From an uncultured bacterium (GTDB lineage Bacteria; JAAXHH01), in contig CAJXCW010000001.1 in the NCBI GenBank assembly GCA_913051705.1, forward strand, positions 1 to 63,311: 63,311 nucleotides of DNA. Direction: 5' to 3'. The position numbers were made by a program, and so were the translations under genes. Shown here piece after piece: positions 18,024 through 27,877 of this stretch; positions within the stretch are counted from its first letter, which is position 1; each line of letters opens with the position of its first letter. Under the pieces are notes generated by a model. It searched no databases, was not told the origin of the DNA, and was given only the letters and a program-made list of their open reading frames with translations.

Positions 18024-18881
18024 CTACCCTCGCGACGGCTCCGACCGCTCTTCCCGCAGCCGAGCATGCACCTCTTTGACCTTGAAATCATTGTCGATCA
18101 CCTGTTGCAGATGGACCATCCGATCCGGTCCGGCCGTGCGGAGCATGGCTTCACCGTGGATGCGATCGATCCAGAAGCGGCCCTCGTGGGATATCGTCTC
18201 CTGGAATTCTTCCAGGCGGTCATCAGGGATATGCTCATAGAAATTCATAGTATACATACGCCTTCGCTTCGAGCCTCCGAAAGCCGCGTGTTTGGTATTG
18301 TGCCAGAATACGACGATATCACCGGGCTGGGTTTCCAGGATGGCAGCGGGGACTTCTTCACCTGATATCCCCCAGATATTGGCGCTATCCCGGATGTCCG
18401 CTTCCAACCCCTCGGCAAACGCATCACCGACCCGATGGCTGCCGGGGATAACGCGTACCGCACCGGTATCACGAGTCACCGGGTCCAGATAAAAAGCGAT
18501 TTTTATGCTTGGAATCCGCTTCCCACCGTATCCGTCCGAGTGCCACTGCGTGTCACCTACATACAGATTGCCATCGCCGCTGGTATAGTTGAAATTATCC
18601 CCCAGAATGCTCGCAACAATATCGTGAATCCGCGGATCATCAAGGAAGCTGCTCAGGTATTCGCTCTGATCGGGAAACGGGAAAATAACAGCGCGTTGCT
18701 CGCCGTCATGAGGCTTGCCGTGATGCCCGCCGCCATGGCCGGCCCAGATCGTTTCGAAGGCTTTTACAATCCGGTCAATACAATCGGCCAGCAATCCGGG
18801 AAAATACAGATAGCCAAAGGTGTTGAAGAAGTTGAGCTGTTGCTCGGTGAGACGGGTCTGGGACATGACAAACTCCAGCAT
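18024..18881 (-). CDS. PhyH-family Fe(II)/2-oxoglutarate dioxygenase
   Basis: 285 aa. N-terminal LTEQQLNFFNTFGYLYFPG, HxD motif WHSDGYG, distal His in VFWHNTKHAAFG. Confidence 0.75.
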   Translation of the reverse strand: MLEFVMSQTRLTEQQLNFFNTFGYLYFPGLLADCIDRIVKAFETIWAGHGGGHHGKPHDGEQRAVIFPFPDQSEYLSSFLDDPRIHDIVASILGDNFNYTSGDGNLYVGDTQWHSDGYGGKRIPSIKIAFYLDPVTRDTGAVRVIPGSHRVGDAFAEGLEADIRDSANIWGISGEEVPAAILETQPGDIVVFWHNTKHAAFGGSKRRRMYTMNFYEHIPDDRLEEFQETISHEGRFWIDRIHGEAMLRTAGPDRMVHLQQVIDNDFKVKEVHARLREERSEPSRG

Positions 18882-18938
18882 TTGGTGAGTTGAAAGGCAA
18901 AAGGTAAATAGCTTGATTATAGAGGATGATGGGGCATT

Positions 18939-20369
18939 TCACTCAGCACTCTCTCCCCTACATAACCTATTCGCAAAAACAACCAACTGATACACATCCT
19001 CAAAATTGCTGACCAGGCCCACAGAAATCCGCACCGCCCCCAGACTTTTCCGGTCTATGGCCAGCCGGATGTCGTCCATGGTGAGCCGGGGTGACGGCTC
19101 ACCGCAGAGGATCAGGTCCGTCTTGTCGAGAGACAAGGCCATTTCGCCGCCACCCGGATTACAGAAGGTGCCCGTGCGCAGGGATATATGTTTCGCAGAG
19201 GCCTGCTGTTCCACCAGCAGATGATCGATGACTTCGCCCGTTTCATCGTAAAAATTAACCGTGATCGTTCCACCGCGATGGTCTGCGCCCGACGGACCGT
19301 ACAGCCGTACCATCTTTTTTCCGTTGGCATGCTGTAAGCTGAGTAGATGCTCGATCAGCCAGCCGATCAGGCACTGCACCCGCTCGTGAATAGTCTCTAT
19401 GCCGATCTTATTGAGATAAGCCAGGCCGATCGGCACGGCGGGCAACCCGAGATAGTTCAGCGTGCCGTCTTCAAACGCCTCACCCGATGTGCGAAAATCA
19501 TACTGGTCGTTTTGAACCGATACCAGCGTGGTCGTTCCGCCGGCAAACCAGGGTCGGCTCAGTTTAGTCAGCGCCTGATTGCGCGCCAGCAGACAGCCAA
19601 TCCCCGTCGGATAACCGAACATTTTGTAGAATGAAATCGGCACGAAGTCCGGCTGATAGCGGCTCAGATCCAGCCGGTTTGTCGGTACGAAGGCGGCGGC
19701 GTCCAGCATGACATCCCAGCCATATTCCTGCGCCAGCGGTATCCAATCCAATGGATGCTGGACGCCGGAAAAATTCGATTGCGCCGGAAAGGCGAACAGT
19801 CGGTCACCATCCCCGACTGCAGCCGCCAGATAGTCGATAAGACGGGCCTCATCAACACGCATCTCAGGTAAGTCCAGCGGCACATACGTCGTGGTCGCCC
19901 CGCACTGCCGGGCAAATTCCCGGATGCCGTTGACCGAATTATGGTTGTCGAAGGTAAGCAGATAGTATGAATCACTCTGGAAGGGATACGCCTCACCCAC
20001 CAGTTTGAGCGCGCCGCTGGCATTCGCCGTAAAGATGACCGTATAGGTCTCCGGAGACGCATTGAAAAAGGTAAGGACCGCTTCACGGGCTTGTTCCACC
20101 AGCGCTGTCATGGCAGAAGAAGTCGGATTGTGGGAATGGGGATTGCCGAATACCTCCTTCTGTAAAAGCTGCATGTGCTCTGTCACCTGAGAAGCCGCAT
20201 ACAACCCACCGCCCGTGTAATCCAGATAAATGTGCTTCTGATGGTCCAGACGACTATATTCATCTCGACGCAGATCATCCAGAATCGCTGTTGCCCCGTA
20301 ACCCGGATAGTCGGCCAGAAAATCCTGATGGTCTTGTTCAATGAAATCGTTCGTCGATATGGTGGTCAT
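18939..20369 (-). CDS. Class V PLP-dependent enzyme, MOCOS/ABA3 NifS-like type, without a MOSC domain
   Basis: 476 aa. FGNPHSHNPTS, YTVIFTANASGALKLVGEAYPF, PLP-lysine context PISFYKMFGYPTGIGCLLAR, active-site Cys context RTGTFCNPGG. Confidence 0.8.
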   Translation of the reverse strand: MTTISTNDFIEQDHQDFLADYPGYGATAILDDLRRDEYSRLDHQKHIYLDYTGGGLYAASQVTEHMQLLQKEVFGNPHSHNPTSSAMTALVEQAREAVLTFFNASPETYTVIFTANASGALKLVGEAYPFQSDSYYLLTFDNHNSVNGIREFARQCGATTTYVPLDLPEMRVDEARLIDYLAAAVGDGDRLFAFPAQSNFSGVQHPLDWIPLAQEYGWDVMLDAAAFVPTNRLDLSRYQPDFVPISFYKMFGYPTGIGCLLARNQALTKLSRPWFAGGTTTLVSVQNDQYDFRTSGEAFEDGTLNYLGLPAVPIGLAYLNKIGIETIHERVQCLIGWLIEHLLSLQHANGKKMVRLYGPSGADHRGGTITVNFYDETGEVIDHLLVEQQASAKHISLRTGTFCNPGGGEMALSLDKTDLILCGEPSPRLTMDDIRLAIDRKSLGAVRISVGLVSNFEDVYQLVVFANRLCRGESAE

Positions 20370-20385
20370 ATTCAGGTCAGGTATC

Positions 20386-21447
20386 CTACGGATTCACTGC
20401 GACTGCTTCAGGGTGGCCTGATTGGTTTTTCAACACATCTCCAGCACGCTGAGCCCGCTCACACTCGGGGTCGCGTTTGATGAGGCGCTTCAAATGGTGG
20501 ATGGCGTGCTCATCGCCCTGACCGGCGAGTTCAAGCGCTTCTGCAAAGCCATTGGCACCGAAATCCTCGATCGTAGGTAGTACTTCCAGGTCCATATCCT
20601 TCCAGTAATATTGTAAATCCGTAGACGTCCAATCCTTATACACTTCCTCCCACCCAAACGGATAGATTCCGCTGAGATGAGGCTGGAGCATATGCTCGGC
20701 AATGGGCAGGCGGGTGGATTGATAGCGGTTATCCAGTGAAACGCGCAGACGGTCTTCCGTGACGTTGGGCAGCGCCTGGTGCACCGTGAGACTGTGGAAG
20801 ATCAGTGAGTCACCTATTTCATAGTCGGTGGTTACCCAATTGTCATTCAGCTCTTCCTGATAAATGGCCAGGCCGCCGGCACCCAGAGAAAAATGGTGAT
20901 CGTGAATGGCATTAATCTTATGGGACCCCGGCAACACAGCCAGGCCACCCAGTTCAGCCGGACAGTCGCCTACCGGCGCCCAGCAGGTATAGGTATCGTA
21001 GACGCCCTGGAAATGGACAAAATCCTGATGAATCGGCGTCGTATGCGCGGTGTACTTTGGAAACCAGAGGCGGGCTATTTTCTGCGGGTGGGACAGCACC
21101 GGGCCGCCGATGACCTTTTCCATCATTTGTATCACTTCCGGCCAGTGCCCCGCCCGGTGAAAAGATTCTAATTTGTACATCTCATGGTACACAGCAGGAT
21201 ATTCGATATCCGGTTCGGTGCATTGCTTTGTAACATCGGCGATGCCGGCCATAGGGTCTGTCCCTTCGATCAGCCAACCGCCGGTTCTGATGACCTGCAT
21301 GATATCCTGCCGCAGCGCCAGCAGCTTATCAGGGTCTTGCAGCTTCTTAATAAAAATATACCCTTCTTCGTCCAAACGGCGGCGTAACTCTTCCGCATCG
21401 TCCACCGCATCGTTCGATACGCGAAATTCGTTCAATCTGGTATTCAA
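20386..21447 (-). CDS. PhyH-family Fe(II)/2-oxoglutarate dioxygenase (long form)
   Basis: 353 aa. EEGYIFIKKL N-terminus, HxD motif IHQDFVHF, distal His LTVHQALPN, and an extra C-terminal helical region. Confidence 0.7.
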   Translation of the reverse strand: MNTRLNEFRVSNDAVDDAEELRRRLDEEGYIFIKKLQDPDKLLALRQDIMQVIRTGGWLIEGTDPMAGIADVTKQCTEPDIEYPAVYHEMYKLESFHRAGHWPEVIQMMEKVIGGPVLSHPQKIARLWFPKYTAHTTPIHQDFVHFQGVYDTYTCWAPVGDCPAELGGLAVLPGSHKINAIHDHHFSLGAGGLAIYQEELNDNWVTTDYEIGDSLIFHSLTVHQALPNVTEDRLRVSLDNRYQSTRLPIAEHMLQPHLSGIYPFGWEEVYKDWTSTDLQYYWKDMDLEVLPTIEDFGANGFAEALELAGQGDEHAIHHLKRLIKRDPECERAQRAGDVLKNQSGHPEAVAVNP

Positions 21448-21466
21448 AGCAACCTCCGGGGGTGGG

Positions 21467-21557
21467 GAAGCTACGAAACAACAAAACGACGAAGCTACGA
21501 ATCAAAGACAGATGGAGATATACGCCGCGTTTCGTAGCTTCGTAGCTTCGTCGTTTC
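21467..21557. repeat. Inverted octamer microsatellite pair (GAAGCTAC / GTAGCTTC), about 18-bp stem
   Basis: 21484-21501 AAACGACGAAGCTACGAA pairs with the right arm CGTTTCGTAGCTTCGTAGCTTCGTCGTTTC (21528-21557). It overlaps the stop codon of the 21556-22248 gene. Confidence 0.85.
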
Positions 21558-22248
21558 AAGTCTCAATATGCACCTGCTCAGTAACGTCCTTGTCTCTGCC
21601 ACGGGCCATATGGGCTAAGATGGCATGAATAAACAGGATGACGCCGGTCATCTCGAGGGCCTCTTCGACGACGGTGGTCAGGTTGTATTCCAGGGTATTC
21701 AGTAGATCGTTATCGTCGTACCAGTCCGTAGCGTTCTCGATACCGACCGCAGCACCCACATAGATGGCACCGCTGAGAATAAAAAGGAGGCGTGTGCGTG
21801 ACGGGAGATGATTTAAAAACGGAATATAGATGAATCCGACTATTGCGGCTACTAAGGCACCCGGCAGGGTCCAGGAGAAATCGGTAAGGGTATTCAACGT
21901 TTCATGTAGACCGACGACCTCATCGAGTGATAAAAAGCAGAAACCGAGCCCCAGGATCCTCCAGGCCATATGCCGAGGTAATTTCGCCGCGCGTAGCCGG
22001 CGAGCTTGCAGCAGAAGCAACCGGGCTGCAAAGAGCAGTATTACCACGGTAAACCAGGTCCCGAAACTCTGTTCTTCATCGAGGTCAAGAAGCTCGCGAA
22101 AGAGCCAGGGCAATTCCGTTATGGAATAGTGGACAATCATGACGGCGGTATGACAGGCGGCCAGCACCAGCATAATGATGGTCAGTTTGATGGGTAGTCC
22201 GCTTACGGAGTAGGTCGATCGGATGCCTATAACGGTTTTTTTGGCCAT
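21556..22248 (-). CDS. Hypothetical multi-pass membrane protein
   Basis: 230 aa with 5-6 hydrophobic segments (LTIIMLVLAACHTAVMIV, WFTVVILLFAARLLLL, ILGLGFCFLSL, ALVAAIVGFIYIPF, LLFILSGAIYVGAAV, GVILFIHAILA). No recognisable family. Confidence 0.5.
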   Translation of the reverse strand: MAKKTVIGIRSTYSVSGLPIKLTIIMLVLAACHTAVMIVHYSITELPWLFRELLDLDEEQSFGTWFTVVILLFAARLLLLQARRLRAAKLPRHMAWRILGLGFCFLSLDEVVGLHETLNTLTDFSWTLPGALVAAIVGFIYIPFLNHLPSRTRLLFILSGAIYVGAAVGIENATDWYDDNDLLNTLEYNLTTVVEEALEMTGVILFIHAILAHMARGRDKDVTEQVHIET

Positions 22249-22494
22249 GGGTGATTTTGAGTTTTAAATCAAAGGTTTCAAACTACAAGATTGATAGTTC
22301 CAGCGGGACACACCGATCGCTATACATTTCAAGATCTCAAAGTTAAAGTGATCATTCAAAAGATATGGGGAATACAAGATATATCAAGCATATTCATGCT
22401 GATCCGTATGTTAAATTACTTGACGACACGGGAGGAATAATCAAAATTGCAAATCGGCCAATGAACCAATGAGCTAATATTTATCGGAGGCAAT

Positions 22495-23535
22495 ATGAAA
22501 GCCGCTGTCATGGACGCGTTTTGTACACCATTGGAGATACGGGACGTGCCGGACCCGACACCAACAGACGATGGGGTGGTCATCGAGGTACGAGCCAACG
22601 GGATCTGCCGAAGCGACTGGCATGCATGGATGGGCCATGATCTGACGATTAAGCTGCCCCATGTACCAGGGCATGAAATGGCCGGGGTGATCGCTGCAGT
22701 GGGAAATCGGGTAAGAAACTGGCATGTGGGAGATCGGGTGACGGTACCGTTCTGTGAAGGATGCGGCGTGTGCCATCAGTGTCAGGCAGGCAAACACCAT
22801 ATCTGCGACAACGAATATCAACCCGGCTTTACCGGCTGGGGAGCCTTCGCGCAATATGTGGCGATCCCCTACGCGGACGCCAATGTAGTCGGACTGCCGG
22901 ATGATCTGGATTATATCGCGGCGGCGAGCCTTGGATGCCGGTTTATGACGGCGTTTCGTGGGGTGGTGGATCAAGGACGGGTGACCGGCGGCGATTGGGT
23001 AGTAATCCATGGTTGCGGCGGCGTCGGCCTGTCGGCGACCATGATTGCCTCTGCCCTGGGGGCGTATGTCATCGGGGTGGATATCAATGATGCCAAGCTG
23101 ACCCTGGCACAGGAACAGGGGGCCAAGATGGTGCTCAATGCCGAATTGAGCCCTGATGTCGCTGAAGATATTATAACGATGACCAGGGGTGGGGCAGATA
23201 TTTCTATTGATGCTCTTGGCAGTAAAGTCACCAGCCGAAATTCGATCCGGTGTCTCCGTAAGCAAGGCCGCCACGTGCAGATTGGCCTGACTATAGCTGA
23301 TGAGGCGGACGTATCGATACCTATGAATGAAGTGATCGCCAGAGAACTGGAAATCGTCGGCAGTCACGGCATGCCGGCCCATCGGTATGATGCCTTGCTT
23401 CGTATGATCTCATCAGGTGTTTTGCATCCAAAGCAACTTGTGCGTAAAACAATCTCCCTCGAAGAAGCCGGGGTCGAGCTGGAAGCCATGGGGCAGTTCA
23501 GCCAGGCGGGAGTTACGGTGATTGATCGGTTTTAG
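22495..23535 (+). CDS. Zn-dependent alcohol dehydrogenase
   Basis: 346 aa. GICRSDWHAWMGH, GHEMAGVI, structural-Zn cluster CEGCGVCHQCQAGKHHIC, Rossmann motif IHGCGGVGL. Confidence 0.9.
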   Translation: MKAAVMDAFCTPLEIRDVPDPTPTDDGVVIEVRANGICRSDWHAWMGHDLTIKLPHVPGHEMAGVIAAVGNRVRNWHVGDRVTVPFCEGCGVCHQCQAGKHHICDNEYQPGFTGWGAFAQYVAIPYADANVVGLPDDLDYIAAASLGCRFMTAFRGVVDQGRVTGGDWVVIHGCGGVGLSATMIASALGAYVIGVDINDAKLTLAQEQGAKMVLNAELSPDVAEDIITMTRGGADISIDALGSKVTSRNSIRCLRKQGRHVQIGLTIADEADVSIPMNEVIARELEIVGSHGMPAHRYDALLRMISSGVLHPKQLVRKTISLEEAGVELEAMGQFSQAGVTVIDRF

Positions 23536-23552
23536 GGGCTTCGTCATTTTCC

Positions 23553-23846
23553 TCACTCATACTGCAATGCATCCACCGGATTCGCTCGGGCAATTTTGAT
23601 GGCCTGATAACCAACCGTCAGCAAAGAAATAATCAGAGCAGCAAGCCCCGACGTTACAAAGGTCATCGCGGCCATATCCACCCGATAGGCAAAACCGGAC
23701 AGCCAGTACCCCATCGCATAATATGTAAACGGAATGGCCAGCACGTTGGCCAGCACCACCATCCGGACAATATCCCAGGTCAGCATACGCATGATGGAGG
23801 GATAGGCGTCGGAAATATCGCCTGCCAGGTTTCTTCGAGTGAGGCT
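23553..23846 (-). pseudogene. C-terminal stub of an FtsX/MacB-type ABC permease
   Basis: Only the last ~95 codons look like FtsX (RRNLAGDISDAYPSIMRMLTWDIVRMVVLANVLAIPFTYYAMGYWLSGFAYRVDM...LLTVGYQAIKIARANPVDALQYE). The upstream ORF portion is non-homologous, and the rest of the gene would collide with the neighbouring CDS. Confidence 0.6.
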
Positions 23847-23970
23847 ATGGTGCCGGGCATATCGTCCGATGCAATACGTATGCGAGCAGCTTACACAGCT
23901 TGAAGTCGCAGCCGATGGCTTCAACGGGTCAGTATGTCTATCGGGAAGACCATTAGCAGGTTTTGTAGTT

Positions 23971-25623
23971 TCAAACCATAACATACGGCCTACCGCAAAC
24001 CATGCGCGTGCCGGCATCTGTCCTGGCGGCAGGTAACATGACAGACAGGCCCTGCTCCGCCAGATTTAAATGAGAGAAGTCAGGCGTGGTATCTTTGGGG
24101 ACAGGTTGCAGACGCACAGCCCGTCGCGCCTGCCAGAACCGGCTGAACCGTTCCACATCACAAACAGGGATAGAATGCGCCTGGGCAAACTGTATCACAG
24201 GCGTCCAAAGTGGGGCGCTATAGGTGGCGAATGAAACGGGATGGGCATTGACGCACATCATACTGGCTGTTTGACCAGCGTTGCGTTGCAAAAGTCCGGT
24301 GATCAGGTCGACGCCTTCATCCGGCGTTAAATTGAGGGACCAGTCAAACCCCTGGCCGCCCAGTGTTGTTTCATCGGAGAATTGGGTGGGAAGCTGGTAG
24401 ACCGGCAGCACGTCGCCAGTCAGGTTGGCAAACTTCATAGGCAAACCGGCGCCGTTCATATAATACCGGCCCTGCGGAAGTAAGGAAAAGCAATTGGTAT
24501 CGAAGGTGAATCCATGCCGGGCTTCGATACGCGCACCTTCGATATAACCGCTCCAGGTGATGCAGTGATTGCGTACAGACGGACTCGGAGGCTGGCCGTA
24601 GGCATCACGAAATTGTTGTATATGATCGTTCAGTGTCCGATCCCACAACGACAGGGAAGGCGGAGGCAAATCGGGGTGCACGGAGAAGTCGAAGCCCCGG
24701 CATTCCAGGTCTTCCAGCCACGCCCGATCCATGACACTATCCTTCTGTACCAGATAGAAAGTTAATCGGGCATCATACGTTTCACAGGCCTCAATCAATT
24801 GTTCAAAGTGTACCCTGGTGGACCAGTCATCATCGGATGTAAATATCAACACGGTGTCCGCCCGATCCGGGAAATACCACAGCCAGGGCAGCACCGTATC
24901 TTCCGGCCAGACGCGATGGATGAGTTCTCTCAGGAAGTGACCATGTAAATCCGCTGTAGGCCAGTCAGCTGTCCGTTCATCCTGCCACCCTTCAAACAAA
25001 TCAGACGGCCGCATCCGTTCGAACCCGGATGACCGGCAGCCGGCCAGGAGCGGGTTCCCCTGTCGGAGCAGATATACGCATTGGGCCGGATCGTAGGCGA
25101 GGACTATGATCACCCCGTTTCCTTCCGCCAGTTCTATCACCGCAGGATGCCCGGTGGGACGACCATCAAAATCGTGTAAAGGAATCGTATCGGTATGATC
25201 CTCATTTTCTGCGCCGCTATAATGCTGTATCCATCCCTTGAGCGGCAATCCGGCCTCCGGAAAACCCGCCAGCGCCACCGGCAAACGGCCATGCATCACC
25301 CCCTGATTTAACGGGGCCAGCCCGAGGGCAGCAGCCAGCGCTTCACCCGGCGCACAGCAGATCAGCCCGCCGCCGTGATAGGCAAAGTCTATCAACCACT
25401 GTACCGCCTCCGGCTCAGGATCAGCCGCACCCAGTAAAACCAGAGACCGACCCTCCAGCATTGCCGGCGTTAACGCATCCAGATAAGCGGTCTCAACATC
25501 GTTTATCCCTTCCAAATAGAGCATTTCAGCGTACGCCTTCGGTGACGAAAACCACCGGTCGGTGTTCGCTGATAGAACCAGGATGCTGGCAGGAGGAGAA
25601 TTTCGGATTTCGGATTGATTCAC
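23971..25623 (-). CDS. Hypothetical two-domain protein (possible glutamine-amidotransferase-like N-domain plus deacetylase/hydrolase-like C-domain)
   Basis: 550-aa uninterrupted ORF. VLIFTSDDDWS and HPD/NHC segments faintly resemble carbohydrate esterase folds. The annotated GTG start lies inside a heptamer repeat, so the start is uncertain. Confidence 0.45.
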   Translation of the reverse strand: MNQSEIRNSPPASILVLSANTDRWFSSPKAYAEMLYLEGINDVETAYLDALTPAMLEGRSLVLLGAADPEPEAVQWLIDFAYHGGGLICCAPGEALAAALGLAPLNQGVMHGRLPVALAGFPEAGLPLKGWIQHYSGAENEDHTDTIPLHDFDGRPTGHPAVIELAEGNGVIIVLAYDPAQCVYLLRQGNPLLAGCRSSGFERMRPSDLFEGWQDERTADWPTADLHGHFLRELIHRVWPEDTVLPWLWYFPDRADTVLIFTSDDDWSTRVHFEQLIEACETYDARLTFYLVQKDSVMDRAWLEDLECRGFDFSVHPDLPPPSLSLWDRTLNDHIQQFRDAYGQPPSPSVRNHCITWSGYIEGARIEARHGFTFDTNCFSLLPQGRYYMNGAGLPMKFANLTGDVLPVYQLPTQFSDETTLGGQGFDWSLNLTPDEGVDLITGLLQRNAGQTASMMCVNAHPVSFATYSAPLWTPVIQFAQAHSIPVCDVERFSRFWQARRAVRLQPVPKDTTPDFSHLNLAEQGLSVMLPAARTDAGTRMVCGRPYVMV

Positions 25624-25704
25624 AATTTTAAAGTTGATGTTAAATGCAGGAAAGTTCTACGTTCCAAGGGCTTTTAAATCCGAAATCCGAAATCTGCAAT
25701 CCGC
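25599..25704. repeat. Perfect 17-bp inverted heptamer pair (TTCGGAT / AATCCGA)
   Basis: 25599-25616 AATTTCGGATTTCGGATT against 25676-25693 AAATCCGAAATCCGAAAT. The right arm continues as CTGCAATCCGC to 25704. Spacer about 60 nt. Sits between the Gfo stop and the start of the 23971-25623 ORF. Confidence 0.9.
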
Positions 25705-25706
25705 AC

Positions 25707-26780
25707 TCAAAACCCCGGTATCTTCACCGGCTGCCCCGTCCGGATCGATTCATACGCACATATGGCAGGCGCGATGGAACGCGCCGCCTCACGTGCGTTG
25801 ATGGTAGCCGGACGGTGTTCACGGATGGCTTGAATGATATCTTCAACCATATGGATTTCGGATGATCCATGGCCGGTAGCCCCATGGCCGGGCCGGGCGG
25901 CGTAGGGGACCGCCAGGTGTTCCATACGATCCATGTAAGGGATCTGCTCGGTGAAAAACAACCCTTCGGAATCCTGGCGGGATGTTTCGAACGTCCCCTT
26001 ATCACCAAACAGATTAAAATATAGACAGTAGGGCCGGACCATGACATAGCTGGCTTCCACCTTGCTGATCAAACCGGATGCGCCTTTGAGCAAGGCCACC
26101 GTATTGGCCGGCTCAGAATGTGGTTCTACATAGGGCTCATTACCGTAGGCAAATACCTCAACCCAATTGGTCTCGCCCGTGAGCCATCGCAGCGTGTCGA
26201 AGGCATGCGGCCCCCCTCCTAAAAATGTGGTTTGTGGCCGCTGTGGGTCAAATCGCCAATGCGGTTCACCGGTTTCCGATTCTGTCTGCCGCCATCCTTC
26301 TAAACGTAGATTGTGCAGATAGCCGGCTTCGCTCTGAAAAATCCGGCCCCAATAGCCCTCATCGGCCATTTTTCTGGCCGCCTCCAGGTACGGAAACCAG
26401 CGGACTTCATTTCCCATCGCATAGACCAGGCCGGTTTTTTCCTCCAGCGCAATCAACCGTTCCAACTCCGTAATTTCATAAGCGGCAGGAATTTCACTGA
26501 GGACGTGTTTGCCGGCCTCCAGCGCTTGAATCGCTTGACCGGCATGTTCATGGTCCGGCGTTCCGATAACGACCAGGTCGATGCCCTTATCATCGAGCAT
26601 CTCCTCATATGTTGGAAATACCCGGTCGAAGCTATGTTTCTTTACAGCCTTTTCTGCACGTGCCTTGCGGATATCACACAGGCCGGCCAGCACGAGATCG
26701 TCAGGAAATGCGTCGCGACATTGAGCCATAAACAGCGCGCGCCCGGCGCCGAGGATGCCGACACGAATAGGTTGCGTCAC
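25707..26780 (-). CDS. Gfo/Idh/MocA-family oxidoreductase
   Basis: 357 aa. N-terminal Rossmann motif IRVGILGAGR, EHAGQAIQALEAGKHVLSEIP (EKP-like motif region). Confidence 0.85.
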   Translation of the reverse strand: MTQPIRVGILGAGRALFMAQCRDAFPDDLVLAGLCDIRKARAEKAVKKHSFDRVFPTYEEMLDDKGIDLVVIGTPDHEHAGQAIQALEAGKHVLSEIPAAYEITELERLIALEEKTGLVYAMGNEVRWFPYLEAARKMADEGYWGRIFQSEAGYLHNLRLEGWRQTESETGEPHWRFDPQRPQTTFLGGGPHAFDTLRWLTGETNWVEVFAYGNEPYVEPHSEPANTVALLKGASGLISKVEASYVMVRPYCLYFNLFGDKGTFETSRQDSEGLFFTEQIPYMDRMEHLAVPYAARPGHGATGHGSSEIHMVEDIIQAIREHRPATINAREAARSIAPAICAYESIRTGQPVKIPGF

Positions 26781-26788
26781 GACATCTC

Positions 26789-27877
26789 CTAGTGGGTATG
26801 ATCTGATCCATGCAAATGGGCGGCATGGTAGTGATCGGCGATCAGATCGGCGCCGAAATCGTTGCTCGGGTTACGCCATACGGTATGGATATGATTGGCG
26901 TCGTTCTGTACGTTGTCATACTCTATCAGGAACTGTAGGCCCTGCAGTCGATAATAATGGGGTTGATGCCGTTCCAGCCCACCCGCCCAGGCCAGATGGA
27001 TATGGTCCAGGCCGAGCTTGGTCAGTCGTTCGAGTTCTATCTCGGCAATCGCCTCCGGCATGCGATGAATATATTCGTGAATCAATGCTTGCAGGAGATC
27101 ATGCTGGCTTTGATTCATCGACGACGACGAGAGCCCTTTGGGGATTTCCGTATACCGAATCACATCAAACGGCACGTTCGTCCGGTCGAGGCGATCCGGC
27201 TTATCATGCGTTTCCTTTACAAAGGGCTGATTGACCGTGACGATATCCCCCGGTGGAATGGCGGATATAATTGCCGTATGACGCTGTTCCTCATCGAACG
27301 AACGAATCAGTTCTCGTCCCAGATCTTCCACATGACCAAGTGGTCTCAATGAAACCACACCATTGAGCGCAGCCTCTGCCGGATTGGATCCAAAGAAGGT
27401 AGGGGTCGGCGAAATGATTTGTCCTTTGACGATCGTGTAGTTTAAGGAAATATGATGCCCCTCAAATCTCCAACTCCAGGGTTTACTATCCGACGGCGTG
27501 CCGAAAAGACTGACATAATAGAGACCGGGATCTCGTTTGAATCCATCCGGCTTCCATCCCTCAATGGCGTCCAGCGTGGTCTCCAGCCCGATGATGGTCG
27601 CCGCCGTGACATAACCGGATCGACTTAGTCCGGCGGCCACCAGCTGATGCGCCAGACGCCGCTGGCTGAAATCCATATCTCCAAGCGCAAGTCCTTTTCG
27701 GGGTACCGGCGGGTAGTCCCAGAAGGTGCGGGCCTCCGATTCGTCGAAGGACAGGAGGGCTTTATCCCGCTGATCCGGCGCTAGAGACGCCAGAAAGTTG
27801 TCGGCGGCCTCGCCCATGCGTTGTGCAAGTTGGCGGATGCTTTGTTTGGTCAGAAGGTCGGTCTTTTCGGTAGGCAT
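26789..27877 (-). CDS. DUF3500-domain protein
   Basis: Start taken at the ATG at 27877 (GGAG 6 nt upstream). Pattern FDESEARTFWDYPPVPRKGLALGDM...YYVSLFGTPS...WSWRFEGHHISLNYT is typical of DUF3500. 8-nt gap to the Gfo gene. Confidence 0.6.
   Translation of the reverse strand: MPTEKTDLLTKQSIRQLAQRMGEAADNFLASLAPDQRDKALLSFDESEARTFWDYPPVPRKGLALGDMDFSQRRLAHQLVAAGLSRSGYVTAATIIGLETTLDAIEGWKPDGFKRDPGLYYVSLFGTPSDSKPWSWRFEGHHISLNYTIVKGQIISPTPTFFGSNPAEAALNGVVSLRPLGHVEDLGRELIRSFDEEQRHTAIISAIPPGDIVTVNQPFVKETHDKPDRLDRTNVPFDVIRYTEIPKGLSSSSMNQSQHDLLQALIHEYIHRMPEAIAEIELERLTKLGLDHIHLAWAGGLERHQPHYYRLQGLQFLIEYDNVQNDANHIHTVWRNPSNDFGADLIADHYHAAHLHGSDHTH

Noticed and set aside
22474-23382. 302-aa minus-strand ORF
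   Set aside because: It lies entirely antisense to the strongly supported Zn-ADH gene (22495-23535). The translation is Arg/His/Pro-rich with no recognisable motif. It is a typical shadow ORF.
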